The notes: generated by a model not told the origin, from the sequence alone. A stretch of 46,480 nt of DNA from Octopus bimaculoides (GCF_001194135.2 NC_069002.1:11798451-11844930); one strand, 5' to 3'; positions 10,259 through 22,600 are shown, counted from the first letter of the stretch. Made by a program: numbers and translations.

Positions 10259-12061
10259 NNNNNNNNNNNNNNNNNNNNNNNNNNNNNNNNNNNNNNNNNN
10301 NNNNNNNNNNNNNNNNNNNNNNNNNNNNNNNNNNNNNNNNNNNNNNNNNNNNNNNNNNNNNNNNNNNNNNNNNNNNNNNNNNNNNNNNNNNNNNNNNNNN
10401 NNNNNNNNNNNNNNNNNNNNNNNNNNNNNNNNNNNNNNNNNNNNNNNNNNNNNNNNNNNNNNNNNNATATATATATATATATATATATATATACTTCAAT
10501 GGAATAGTAATATAGAACAGTAATGTATGTATGCTTTTTCCAACGTCTAGACTACAGGCTGGCTGGCGTAAGGGAGCATTCTTATTTTCTAGGTGCGTGG
10601 TAATTTGTTATGCAACTATAATACTGAAAAGACTACACCAATGTGAAAGGAAGTGTTTTCACTCAAGAGTACAAAAATTGAAACCACTATCTTACGATTG
10701 TTAGTAGAACATTCTAACCACTCGGCTACGTTCTTTCAACTGAGAATTACTAGCATCTTTTTTTTTAAACAAAACCGATTTATTCAAAATTTAAGGAACT
10801 CAAGTGACTTTTTAGGAAGAGACAAACCCGGGTATGGCGGTTAGTCAACATTAATTCATCTTAGATACACACTGAAAAATGTTTTCAGATTTATTAAAAT
10901 TAATAGTTTTTCATTCTTTTACACATTTAATAACAAAAATTCCATTGGAAAAAAAACACACAGAAGACATCAACATTTTTTTCTTTTGTGTTACAGTTCT
11001 ATGTTGCTTTGCTCTTCGATCAGTGTTTGGAAGATTCCAACAGCATGTCGGTTTATGTGTAGTTACATTAAGTAGATGATAAATCAATCGATTGATTGAT
11101 TATGTATACAAACCTTTGTATTATGCAGAAACAGCTCTTCAAGTAATTTGAAACGTACGTAAGTAAATAAAGTTATGTAAGAACATAATTCTTTATTCTT
11201 TACCTGATTATTATGTCTGTACACACACAGAGACACACGCACACACACACGCACTTTCATAAAAAGAAGTTGAAACTCCTGGCTATCAATTTTTAAAATT
11301 ACTAATGGAAGGAACCCAGGGAATGTTCCCCTGTTACTCTTCTTATAACACAACGTAGTGAGTGAGTGAGAAAGAAAGAAAGAAAGAAAGAACACAATAC
11401 TTGAGTGTCACTTTATTTATCGGTTTCGGTGGGATGAAAAACAAATTTAATTTCGGCGAGATTATTTACTCAGAACCTAAGAGAGGACCGAAACCGATAG
11501 CTCACGGAGGCCTAGAATGCCACCATGAGTAACTTCAGTTGTGCCAATTCGCCAACTTGACGGAACAACTATATAAAGAAAAAATAAACAAACAACAAAC
11601 TCCAAAAGTATTTTAACATCATTTTTATTATATTATTTTCAAAGATTTTTTTTTTTTTTTATCATTTTACGTAAAAGGAAAACATAAAATATATGTTGTT
11701 TATTGATTTTATCGTTTAGAAATTTCCACATCTAGAAACTGAAATTCACGATTTAGTTGTTGTTGTTGTCATCGCTGCTATTATTGGTGTTGTTGTTGTT
11801 GTTTTCCGTTATCGATGTTGTCATCGTTGTTTGATGTTTCACGAAGATGCCGCACCATTTGTAATCCTTCCTGCTAATTCCTTTCTATCTACAGGAATTG
11901 GTGCTGCTACATCTTTTTTTTTTTATTTACCTAAAGGTTTCTTTCCAGACGAAATCCAATTTTATATTATCATTTTGTTTCCCTTTTCGATTAATACAAA
12001 AATAAAAAAAAACTCTCAGCATGAGATAAGTTCGTGCGCACTTGCATCATATAATACATAC

Positions 12062-12550
12062 GTCGGAGCAGAAGAGATGGCGGTGGGGAAGAATACACTT
12101 TCTTAGAAGAAATTTGAAGTATGTGGAGAGAAAACCCTATTTGGAAGAACTAAGAAGTGTGTCGCAAGGATCTTTATTGAAGAATTTATAAGAAATATTT
12201 GTGGGGAGAGAGCCCATTTTAGAAGAAATGAAGTGTGTAACTGTTATGCCTCAACGCTACTACTATCTAGCACCTTCTGATGATCTCTACTCAACCGCTA
12301 CACAACTGCTACTCGACTGCTACTCAACACTTCTACCACGGCCACACTACCTCTATCTATATGTCATGGGGGATCCTACTTCTTCGCCTGGGGGCGTCGA
12401 CACAACAGTAACCAAGGGTGCTCTTAGAAGAAATAAGAAGTGTGTGGTCTGGTTCTTTCTTTCGAATACATGGGAAACGGTGAGTAGAGCCCTTCTTTTA
12501 TAAAAACGATGTGTAGGGAAGACAATGTTTTGAAGAAATTAGAAGCGTGT
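12062..12550. repeat. Degenerate ~40-bp minisatellite (AGAAGAAATNAGAAGTGTGT core) interrupted by an ~11-bp repeat
   Basis: AGAAGAAATTTGAAGTATGTGG, GGAAGAACTAAGAAGTGTGT, AGAAGAAATGAAGTGTGT, AGAAGAAATAAGAAGTGTGTGG, TGAAGAAATTAGAAGCGTGT; CTACTCAACTG-like units at ~12286-12330. Confidence 0.6.
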
Positions 12551-13050
12551 GTGTGTATGCGTGTCTCCATGACGGAAGACATTAGAAACGTACCACAAAC
12601 TTGATTAAGAATCTAAATGAGTTATTATATTAGTTGCTGTTAATAAGACGATAATATATGGACCATTAACCTTTAAGAATACATTTACAATATTGACATC
12701 TTCGCTCTTTGATCGGGTTTTCTATTTGCTTCACGGATTTTAATAACTTTGTGCTTTGACCAGCAGAAGTGGTTTTTGCCTTTTCTTCAAAGCGCACGAT
12801 TGGCTTACTCGTCGATGATTTTGACTTTTCGGTCAGTGCAGATGTAAATAATTTAAATATAGACTCGAAACATGACGGTTAATAATCTGGAAATTACTGT
12901 CTCACACTTTTCATATCTTCTAAGAGGGACAAGGTTACAATAATCAGAACAAACCTTTCTCCTCGTGGTGGCACACAACCTTATATCGTTTTACTAATTT
13001 AATGGTTTTGGTTTCAAATCAACTCATGAACCATTAATTTATAAATAATA

Positions 13051-13235
13051 GGCGCAGGCGTGGCTATGTGGTAAGAAGCTTGCTTACCACCACATGGTTC
13101 TGGGTTCAGTTCCCCTTCGTGGCACCTTCGTCAAGTATCTTCTACTATAGCCACGGGCCGACCAAAGCTTAGCGGTATTTCGTCTGCCGCTACGTTCTGA
13201 GTTCAAATTCCGCCGAGGTCGACTTTGCCTTTCAT
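13051..13235 (+). mobile_element. Chimeric SINE: D head fused to a C-family segment
   Basis: D head GGCGCAGGCGTGGCTATGTGGTAAG...GGGCCGACCAAAGCTT joins directly at 13171 to C sequence AGCGGTATTTCG...CTGAGTTCAAATTCCGCCGAGGTCGACTTTGCCTTTCAT. Confidence 0.8.
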
Positions 13236-13914
13236 GAACGTTCATGCTTCTTCTCATGCCTTGTTTTATACGTTCTGAGTAATATAAAACCTTTTCTCTC
13301 ATAAGTCCCAAGTTACTTTGGTAGTTGAAAAAAAATGGGGAATACATATCGTATGTCATACATGGACGCCAAGGAAATTTGTGGGATACACAGGGATATT
13401 CAATTATGGGATATCCAATTTATAGAATATATTTATGGGATATACAGGATAGACAAGGTGTTAAAGTGTTGGTAGAAGAGATCTAGCTGATGTCTCAGAC
13501 AGAACTCTGCTTTGAAAGAATAACGAGAAAAGAATATTTTGGAAATCTTTGAGGATTTTCAAAATATGACATTTCCAAATGAGGTTGGGAGGAGGATGCA
13601 AGAATTATTCCTGCTTTCTCTTCTCTTTTCTTTTCTACTTGCATTCCTCGACTTCATTCCGAGAATTCTACTCTACATTTCCGCATTTCTTCTCAAGAAA
13701 GACCATTCCTAAAGCACCGAAACTCACATTTTATCATGGCTTATTAATTACCCTTAAACTCCAGTTACAATATTCTAACATCAATTTTTTTTGTATTATT
13801 ATTTTTTGAGCCCCAGCACTCATAAGAACGGTTACCCGCGGGTTCCATGACGTATCAATGACCCCGATAATACAACAAAGTCCCTGAAGGGGACGCCGCT
13901 CCGTTGCGAGGTTC

Positions 13915-14113
13915 AAAGTCAGTAATTTTGTGGGGAGCTGACAATTCGATTACGTCGACCCTAGTACTTGACTGGTACCTAGTTTATCGACCCCGAAGGG
14001 AGAAAAGGCAAAGTTGACTTTGACAGTATCTAGACTCAGAACGCAAAGAACCGGAACAAATGCCGCTAAGCATTTTATCCGACGTGTTAACGATTCTGCC
14101 AGTTAACCACCTT
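13915..14113 (-). mobile_element. SINE family C
   Basis: TCGATTACGTCGACCCTAG...TTTATCGACCCCGAAGGG...GCCGCTAAGCATTTT...ACGATTCTGCCAG. Confidence 0.85.
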
Positions 14114-14597
14114 ACCACATATAAAACACATCTTGATTTTGGAGACCAAAGTTATCTTAAAGGCCCCATAGTGTTCCTTGCATTGCACAGTGCTACAACA
14201 GTACATAATCTTGCTATAATCCAATATAGTAGTTTTATATTACACTTTATATAAAATATAAGGATATACAATAATATATATTGATATAATAATACAAAAT
14301 ATAATCTTAAAGTATTTAATCATCCAATCTCCAAGATATTCGTAATTTCAATTTCAAATTTCACTTTACTACCTAAAATAAAGATAGTACTTCGTCTGTC
14401 TTGGAAAACGATCAAGGGATGCTGTGCAATCACGTATTCTGTGTTCGATCTCACTACGTGGTAGATTGAGTATCTTTTATGATAGATTTTAGTCAAACTA
14501 AGACATATGGTCTAAGAATACGTAAATGGATACTGTTTCGGGGACAGTTGGATAGATTGTACTGCTAGCATAATATTCTACACATACACACACACAC

Positions 14598-14612
14598 CTA
14601 TATTCATATATA

Positions 14613-14706
<94 letters not shown>

Positions 14707-14745
14707 TATAATATATATATGTACATGCATATATATTTATATAAT
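14598..14745. repeat. (TA)n microsatellite (one of many; others e.g. 20265-20420, 26800-27320, 27975-28045)
   Basis: Long TA runs with flanking (CA)/(TG)/(TACA) tracts. Confidence 0.97.
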
Positions 14746-15439
14746 ACAAACACATACTCGCACAGACTCTCACACACACGCAAACGCACATGCACATACA
14801 CATATGCATGTACACTTACACGCACCTGCGCTTTATTTTCATAGGCTATGGGAACTAAAAAGCGAAGTCCGACGACCTAATCGATGATTCAATCAGGATT
14901 TATACACAAGTTTCCATCAATCGATCTATTTCTGTCAAATACCTTACTTTTTCCCTAAACATCACACGTAACTCAGTTTGTCGGTTTATTTTTGTATCAG
15001 TGGCGTTTCCATACACTTACTTTCATGTCTATGCTGACGCAAAATTATAATTATTGCCTAAGGGCTTCCGTACTCACCACTCCGGCTTGCTGTTTTTATC
15101 AACCACAGGTTTCCGTACACACAACACCAGAAACTTGTCTTATCTCAATCTTCTCTCTTCAAGGAACAAAGTCAGACAGAGTCACGGGAATAAAAGGAAA
15201 CGTTGTTCCATTGTGACATATTTATTAGACTTTGATAAATACTCCGGCTTTACGCTATCTTTTCGGCTTCCCTCGTCTCTCTCCGCCATTCTTCGACGCC
15301 CTTCAACTGTTTTCCGTCACTCATACTTTCTCTGCTCCCTTCACTCTCTCAGTCTTTACTATTTCTCTTTTCTCTTTCTTTTTCTTTTTCTTATCTCTCT
15401 TCTATCCTATCCTTCTCTCTTCCCAACTCTCTTTCTCTT

Positions 15440-15487
<48 letters not shown>

Positions 15488-15966
15488 GCGCGCTTTCCCT
15501 TCTCTACTTCCCTCTTTCTTAGTTAATTAGCCACTCTATCAATTAGTCACTCTCATACATACAAATATATGTGTGCACGTGTGTGTGTGTGTGTGTGTGC
15601 ATACATGCATACTGATATATATACATATACATAGTCATACATAAACATATAGAAAAAGAGAGACAGAGAAAGATTTTATACATACATAAAATACGTTTGT
15701 CTACATGTGTTTATAGATACATACATACAAAGATACATATATGTATGTATATATATATATATATATATATATNNNNNNNNNNNNNNNNNNNNNNNNNNNN
15801 NNNNNNNNNNNNNNNNNNNNNNNNNNNNNNNNNNNNNNNNNNNNNNNNNNNNNNNNNNNNNNNNNNNNNNNNNNNNNNNNNNNNNNNNNNNNNNNNNNNN
15901 NNNNNNNNNNNNNNNNNNNNNNNNNNNNNNNNNNNNNNNNNNNNNNNNNNNNNNNNNNNNNNNNNN

Positions 15967-16125
15967 TAGGGAGATTTCACAAAAAGACAAAAGACGAAGA
16001 CAGATGGTGTAGAAAACAAACAGATGTATTAGTATAACGCTCGGGAATTGAAAAAAGTCTTTAACGTTTCGAACCTACGCTCTTCCACAGAAAGGAACAC
16101 AGAAAGAAACAAGGAGAGAAAAAAA
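15967..16125 (-). mobile_element. Probable terminal segment of a Penelope-like element containing a hammerhead-like motif
   Basis: Contains AACGTTTCGAACCTACGCTCTTCCACAG, whose reverse complement folds like a minimal type I hammerhead. The assignment to Penelope is inference; no coding sequence is visible. Confidence 0.4.
16059..16094 (-). ncRNA. Variant minimal hammerhead-ribozyme-like motif
   Basis: Minus strand: CUUU-CUGUGGAA-GAGC(GUAG)GUUC-GAA-ACGU-U-AAAG, giving a 4-bp stem I, a 4-bp stem II (one G-U pair), GAAA and a palindromic stem III. The core deviates from CUGANGA. Confidence 0.45.
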
Positions 16126-16576
16126 ATGTGTGTAGTGATTAGCGATCTATCATGGCGAATATATATATATATGTATATATATATAATTCTGGCTGCAGTC
16201 TGTAACAAGTAAAAAGGTAGTAAAAGAAGAATATTATTGGTGACTTCGGAGTTTCGACAACTTAAGCCATAGTCGGACTGGAGTTACTGTAAATAATATT
16301 GTTGTTTAATAATAATAAATTTGTACTCTACAAAAGTATGGAATAACCCAATCAGATTAATGTATAACTGAAGACATAAACACACACACACACACACACA
16401 CATACATGTATATATACCACATACGCATAGCATATTGCGACACCTATATACTCAGAGAACTTCAACAGTTACACTCAGAAATACACACACACGCACACAT
16501 ACATATTTACACGCACATATTTATTTACATATATGTTTGTTTTCACTATCACGCGCATGCATGCACGCGTACATGT

Positions 16577-17070
16577 GTACATATAGTGAGACACACATAC
16601 GCCCACATATTTACGCACACACACACATGTACACTTACACAAACAAATCTCTTTCTTTTCTCATATTCCTCGCTGTTGCCCTTCTCTCCCCCCCTCTCTC
16701 TCTCTTTCTCACCTATACCTTCCATCATTAAACTTCCGGACCATATGACCGACTCTCCGTATGACTGCAGAAAATGCATCATTACCAAGCTGCTAGAAAT
16801 AGCAGCTAAACTACTCTCAAATGTCTTCTTCCCGTTATTGTCTAATGAATGCTTTTGGACATACGTTGGATATATATTATGGCTTTGATCATTAGACCTG
16901 CTGGTGTTCATTCCTGACCTGGGGCTACTCAACAACAACAACAACAACAACAACACCAACAACCTATTTGCCATCTACATCTCCCACCACCTCTCTATAT
17001 ATACTTCACTCTCACCATGGCCCCTCTCTCTTTCTCTCCTTCTCTGAAGATATATATATATATATATATA

Positions 17071-17111
<41 letters not shown>

Positions 17112-17208
17112 GAAGCAGCGACGAATATGAGGAAGGAATGAGATTTGTGTGTGTAAGCGTACATGTGTGTGCAAATATGTGTGGATATGTGTTTCTCATT
17201 ATATGTAC
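16577..17208. repeat. Inverted pair of ~110-bp repeats (16577-16690 and 17101-17208)
   Basis: GTACATATAGTGAGACACACATA...CAAATCTCTTTCTTTTCTCATATTCCTCGCTG matches the reverse complement of CAGCGACGAATATGAGGAAGGAATGAGATTTG...CTCATTATATGTAC at roughly 80% identity by eye. Confidence 0.8.
16781..16963 (+). mobile_element. Retroposon 3' end (family F) with (CAA)n tail
   Basis: TGCTAGAAATAGCAGC...CTGACCTGGGGCTA-(CAA)n; shares TGCTAGAAATAGCAGC and CTGACC(T/A)GGGG with 22436-22596. Confidence 0.55.
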
Positions 17209-17235
17209 GTAAGGTAAATAAGCATATGCACACAT

Positions 17236-17276
<41 letters not shown>

Positions 17277-17657
17277 ACAATATATGAGTATATGCATATA
17301 TACGTACATGTATGTACATACCTTCATCTACATGTACATATATATACATAACTGGGTACATGACGTGGGAAAAGAACATGGACAAAATGATAAACAAGGT
17401 ACAACAAACAAGCAAGCCACATAGAAACACCTCCTTCATCAGCTGCCACCATTAAAATACCGGCACACAAACATACATGTATATATACATATTTATACAC
17501 ACACACAACACACTCATGTATATATATGTCTATTCTCTTTCCCTCTCTTTCTCCCTGTCTATCTCTTACTCTTCCCTTTTGTATACACACACATACATAC
17601 ATATTTATATATACTTACACACGCACACCCATATACCCACATATGTAGATGCCACCT

Positions 17658-17702
<45 letters not shown>

Positions 17703-18155
17703 CGCTTTCTCTCTCCTTCTCTCTATCTTTCTCTCTCCTTCTCTTTCTCACTCCTTCTCTTTCTCTTTCTCTCCTTCTCACTCTTTTTTTTAATCCCGCA
17801 CGCATTAATTTTCTCCTCCGCCGCCATATACCTTTTTTTCCCTCCCTCTCTCCTCCCTCTAATACCACATATTTTTTCACTCTGCCTCTCTCTCTACTTC
17901 TACACACACTCTCTCTTCTCTTTCACTCCGTCTCTGTCTTTCCTATCTCGCTCTCCTCCCCTTCTCTCTCTATATTTCCTCAGTCTCCACTCTGTCCCGA
18001 GAGGTTCCACTTGTCATGTCCAGACATCTTTAGTTGCAATTAATCCGCCATGACAAGTCAGTAGAAACGTCACGTATATCTCGATAATATATATATATAT
18101 TGGACATTATTTCATCATTAATGTTATGTTACATATAATACAAACACAACACACA

Positions 18156-18211
<56 letters not shown>

Positions 18212-18605
18212 NNNNNNNNNNNNNNNNNNNNNNNNNNNNNNNNNNNNNNNNNNNNNNNNNNNNNNNNNNNNNNNNNNNNNNNNNNNNNNNNNNNNNNNNN
18301 NNNNNNNNNNNNNNNNNNNNNNNNNNNNNNNNNNNNNNNNNNNNNNNNNNNNNNNNNNNNNNNNNNNNNNNNNNNNNNNNNNNNNNNNNNNNNNNNNNNN
18401 NNNNNNNNNNNNNNNNNNNNNNNNNNNNNNNNNNNNNNNNNNNNNNNNNNNNNNNNNNNNNNNNNNNNNNNNNNNNNNNNNNNNNNNNNNNNNNNNNNNN
18501 NNNNNNNNNNNNNNNNNNNNNNNNNNNNNNNNNNNNNNNNNNNNNNNNNNNNNNNNNNNNNNNNNNNNNNNNNNNNNNNNNNNNNNNNNNNNNNNNNNNN
18601 NNNNN

Positions 18606-18636
<31 letters not shown>

Positions 18637-19134
18637 AGATATATATTGACATGAGTGCATATATATATATATATACATATATATATAAATATATGTGTAT
18701 GTATATACAGCAGGAGGAGGAGAGACAGACGGAATGAATTTAGGTAATTTGGTGGATGCGTATTTTTGGTAAACTTAGGTCTTTGGCGTCGTCTTGGGAA
18801 ACAGATACTCTGTTAAATTGCATGCTATTTTTCTGTCTCTGTAACCAGGAAAAAAGAAAGAAAAAGATTATCGATCTGACTTTCTTCAAACCGTATTAAC
18901 GCTTCATCAGTGATTGATTACTCATTTTCCCGACTATTGGATGGGGGGAATATTAGTTTATAGCTATTTATAGTAAACACAAACTCAGAGATAACTAGTC
19001 TGTCCTCATTTGCATAACAGTACTGCAAGCGGTGGCGACATTTAATTAACTAATTAATAAAAAGCACTTTATATTGCATATCGACAACTGGAGCTAATGT
19101 ATGCTAACTGGAATGTATGGTTTTAATAAACATA

Positions 19135-19349
19135 CGAATGTGTGTTGAAAACTTCCTGGCTTTGGGTAAAAGAAAATACAGGAGGATCAGTTAATTACGA
19201 TTTTATTGTAGATATTGCCATCAGATTTACACACTAATTGCAGCACTCCTTAAGTTTTTCGAAGCCCTGTAAAAGAAGTCGGAAGGTTGGGCCTACAACC
19301 AAGCCCTTTGAGATACTTTGAAAGCCATGAGCTCTTCAGAATCCCTGTG
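19135..19349. mobile_element. Mariner-type MITE (TA-flanked)
   Basis: TA-CGAATGTGTGTTGAAAACTTCCTGGCTTT ... AAAGCCATGAGCTCTTCAGAATCCCTGTG-TA; imperfect TIRs; second copy at 45334-45553. Confidence 0.75.
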
Positions 19350-19561
19350 TATCACACATATTGTGGGTTGTTATTATTCTTGCAGTGTGTAATTCCTATA
19401 ACTAACTTATAAGCTACTATTCTCTGTATGTGGTTAGGGAAATGTGCTTAAGAACTCCCCGGTGCCTAACGAAGTGGAAAATTACAATGAAATCAGTCAG
19501 AACAACCTGCCGGTTTCGGGTCATAGAGAAAAACGTAGTTTAACCACAGCATCCATTTTCG

Positions 19562-19650
19562 CGTCGTCGACGCCATCGTCGTCATCGTCGTCGTCGTCAG
19601 CATCATCACTACCACCACCATCATGATGGTGATCATCAACAACAACAACC
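19562..19650. repeat. Compound (CGT)(CAT)(CAC)(CAA)n repeat
   Basis: Direct reading. Confidence 0.9.
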
Positions 19651-19659
19651 CCTGGATAT

Positions 19660-19913
19660 TACTGTCTCCATTCCTTGGGCTCACAGAACCGGTTACTGAG
19701 GTTCCATGGCGTATAAGTGACCAAGGTCATAACATTCTCTCTGAACAGAACGCCAGTTCATCGCAGGGTCACCCATTTACAGCTGAGTGGACTGTGGCAA
19801 CGTGTAATAAAATGAAGTGTTTCGCTCAAGGAAAAACAACACACCACCCGGCCCGAGTATCGCAACCATATTCTAGCGATCGTGAATAAAGCACATCATT
19901 AGGCCAAGCGCCC
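19660..19913 (-). mobile_element. Diverged CORE-like SINE related to the 40557 copy
   Basis: Minus strand reads CAGTCCACTCAGCTGTAAATGGGTGACCCTGCGATGAACTGGCGT, similar to CAGTTCATTCTGCTGGCAAAAATGAGTAACGCTGCGATGGACTGGCGT at 40678-40727. Confidence 0.65.
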
Positions 19914-20258
19914 ACATTCATCTTCACAGCAAAACTAAAAATGAGTTTTCTAAAAACACTCACCCACCCACTGCATGTTTATCTCATAACTTAATATCTC
20001 CAGACGCCCGGTGAGTTTTCTGGTCTATTGGAAATCTGTATTTATTGGTACAGTGGTACGTTTCTAAACTTTGTATGCTGTTGGGAGATAAGTCTACGAA
20101 GTTACAGACAGTCTTCAGGCAACGGCATAAAAACTTAGGAAACTTTACTATTTACTAGCATACAAACACACATACACATTCCCACGCGCACGCACACACG
20201 CACACGGTCACACACACACATCTATCAGTCAGCGTATACATTCATAGATAAATATGTA

Positions 20259-20354
<96 letters not shown>

Positions 20355-20389
20355 CATGTAAGTATAAAAATATATATGTATACACATGC

Positions 20390-20421
<32 letters not shown>

Positions 20422-21067
20422 GCAGATAGATATACGTATACATACATGCATGTGTGTATGTATGTATGTGTGTATGTATGTATGTATATGTGGGTATGTT
20501 TCCGCGTATATGTTTGCATGTGCATATGTAGGTATCAAGCTTGGTGCATTTGTTGTACAAGTGGAAACTCTAAGAATAAAAGAAAGTTATCGTTTCCCCC
20601 AATGCTATTAATCTTCGAGAGAACTTACGATCAAAGCCACTCCAACCCTAACACCCACTCCTTTCTCAAACACGGCGTTTATGCACATATTCCCGCTCTA
20701 ATGATTCAAGAAACAAATATGTAGTTAATATACTGTGCGGAAATCGAACCCGTATTATCCAATTTTAAAAGAGAAATTAATTGAACAATTTCAATAACTA
20801 CCTTACTCTGGGCCCTCAATTTCTGATGGCACCTTAGGACCGCCGTTGTGACCCACAGCTTGTCTTATGTATTTTGAAACCTGGCAGTGCCTATTCCTCT
20901 CCATATTTACCTACAGCAAATTTCTGTCTGAGGAAAGTAGAGAGGAGAGAAAGACTGGAGAAGGAGAAACGACACTTCTATTGGAATAGTCCAGGTACAA
21001 CACCGACTTTCGGGATACTAATGGTCTCGAATCTCTTATAATCTACACTAATTTATACTAATGTACA

Positions 21068-21249
21068 GGCGCAGATGTGGTTGTATGCTTAGAAGTTTCC
21101 TGCCCGACCACACGGTTCCGGGTTCAGTCCTACTGCGTGACACCTTGAGCAACTGTCTTCTACTATAGCCACGGGACGACTAAAGCCTTGCGATTGGATT
21201 TGGTAGACGGAAAGTGAAAGGGGCTCATCGTATATATCTTTGTGTGTGT

Positions 21250-21292
<43 letters not shown>

Positions 21293-21446
21293 GTGTGTGT
21301 GTGTGTATGTGTGTGTGTGTGTGTGTCTATGTCTGTGTGTCTTTCTGTTTGTCTCCCCACCACCGCTTGACAACCGGTTTTGGCATGTTTACATCCTCGT
21401 AACATTTCCGGTTCGGCAAAAGAAACCGATAGAATAAGTTCCAGGT
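21068..21446 (+). mobile_element. Long SINE D-B: tRNA-like head, internal (TG)n, B module
   Basis: GGCGCAGATGTGGTTG...GGGTTCAGTCC...TTTGGTAGACGGAAAG...TCGTATATAT-(TG)n-...CACCGCTTGACAACCG...GGTTCGGCAAAAGAAACCGATAGAATAAGT. This copy links the D and B pieces found separately elsewhere. Confidence 0.85.
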
Positions 21447-22186
21447 GAGCCTGTTCTTTATCTATTGTCCCCAAAGGGCTGAAAACTATTGATATGACGT
21501 ACGACCTCTCATCGTCCCTGTTATATCTGAACTGTTATAATATCAAACGTTCCTTGTTTGTTCTCTCATTATTCTCCAACTGTGTATCTTCAAAAAGCAC
21601 TCCATGATATCTCTATTCAATAATTCCTACGACCTGTACACTATGGCTGCACATATGACACTCTTCCCAGACTGTTCTGCGCATGCTCATTTATACAAAT
21701 TAGTATAGTTCACTTAGCCAATCACAAGACTCCCCATACAGCAACTATCATCCTCAGCAGGATTTGATCTCAGAATATACACAGGGCTGGAATACATGCT
21801 GCAACGTCTTCAACCAGACACTCTAAATAAACCACTCTGTCAACAAACCACTGTATAGGATTATTGATCTTAGACGATTAACTACAAACTGATAATAATG
21901 ATCGAAGCTCAACTCCCAATTGATTAATTTGATTATTTCTGTTTAGTATTACAAGTACCACGGTGATAACAGTTTAGCCACAAGCAGCAGGGTTGGACAA
22001 AAAAGAAAACAGAAAAAAAAAACGCAAATATCAAAATCGATAGAGTACCTGAAGTCTGGCCAGAAGGTTAATGATCCGAGTTTTGACCAAACCACTGTAT
22101 TTTTCTTTTTTTATTTAGTTTTTTTTTTTTAATGGCACAAAAAGTGAATTGTTAACTGCCCACACTGACGAGCAGACGATAATTAA

Positions 22187-22396
22187 TTCTAATTTTGGCG
22201 CAAGGTCACCAACTTTGAGGGGAAGGAGGAGAGTCAATTACATCGACCTCAGAGGTCAACTGCTTCTTATTTAGTAGACCCCCGAACGGATGAAAGGTAA
22301 AGGGGACCTCAGCGGTATTTGAACTCCGAGAATGCAAGAGTGAAAGAAATGCCGCTAAGTATTTTGTCCGGTGGACAAAAGATTCAATCAACTGCC
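22187..22396 (-). mobile_element. SINE family C
   Basis: AATTACATCGACCTCAG...GGATGAAAGGTAAAG...TTTGAACTC...GCCGCTAAGTATTTTGTCCGG. Confidence 0.8.
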
Positions 22397-22435
22397 AATA
22401 AAAACAACAACAACTAAAATTAGAATTACGTAATG

Positions 22436-22596
22436 ACCCATATTGCTAGAAATAGCAGCCATGTCTCCCACACTGTCTTTAGTATATGAAAACAGTGCAT
22501 AATATAGTTCTGAGTATAAGATGTCTTGAAAACTAAAGAATGGGTGCTTGAGGGGCATATACCTTTCTGAAATAGGTCGGGCTGACCAGGGGTTGC
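22436..22596 (+). mobile_element. Family F retroposon 3' fragment
   Basis: TTGCTAGAAATAGCAGCC...GGGCTGACCAGGGG, as at 16791-16925. Confidence 0.45.
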
Positions 22597-22600
22597 ATAA

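Noticed and set aside
18009-18058. 10-bp inverted repeat ACTTGTCATG/CATGACAAGT
   Set aside because: Too short to distinguish from chance.
19008-19060. Octamer ATTTGCAT and TAATTA motifs in unique DNA
   Set aside because: Short AT-rich motifs are expected by chance; there is no conservation evidence for an enhancer.
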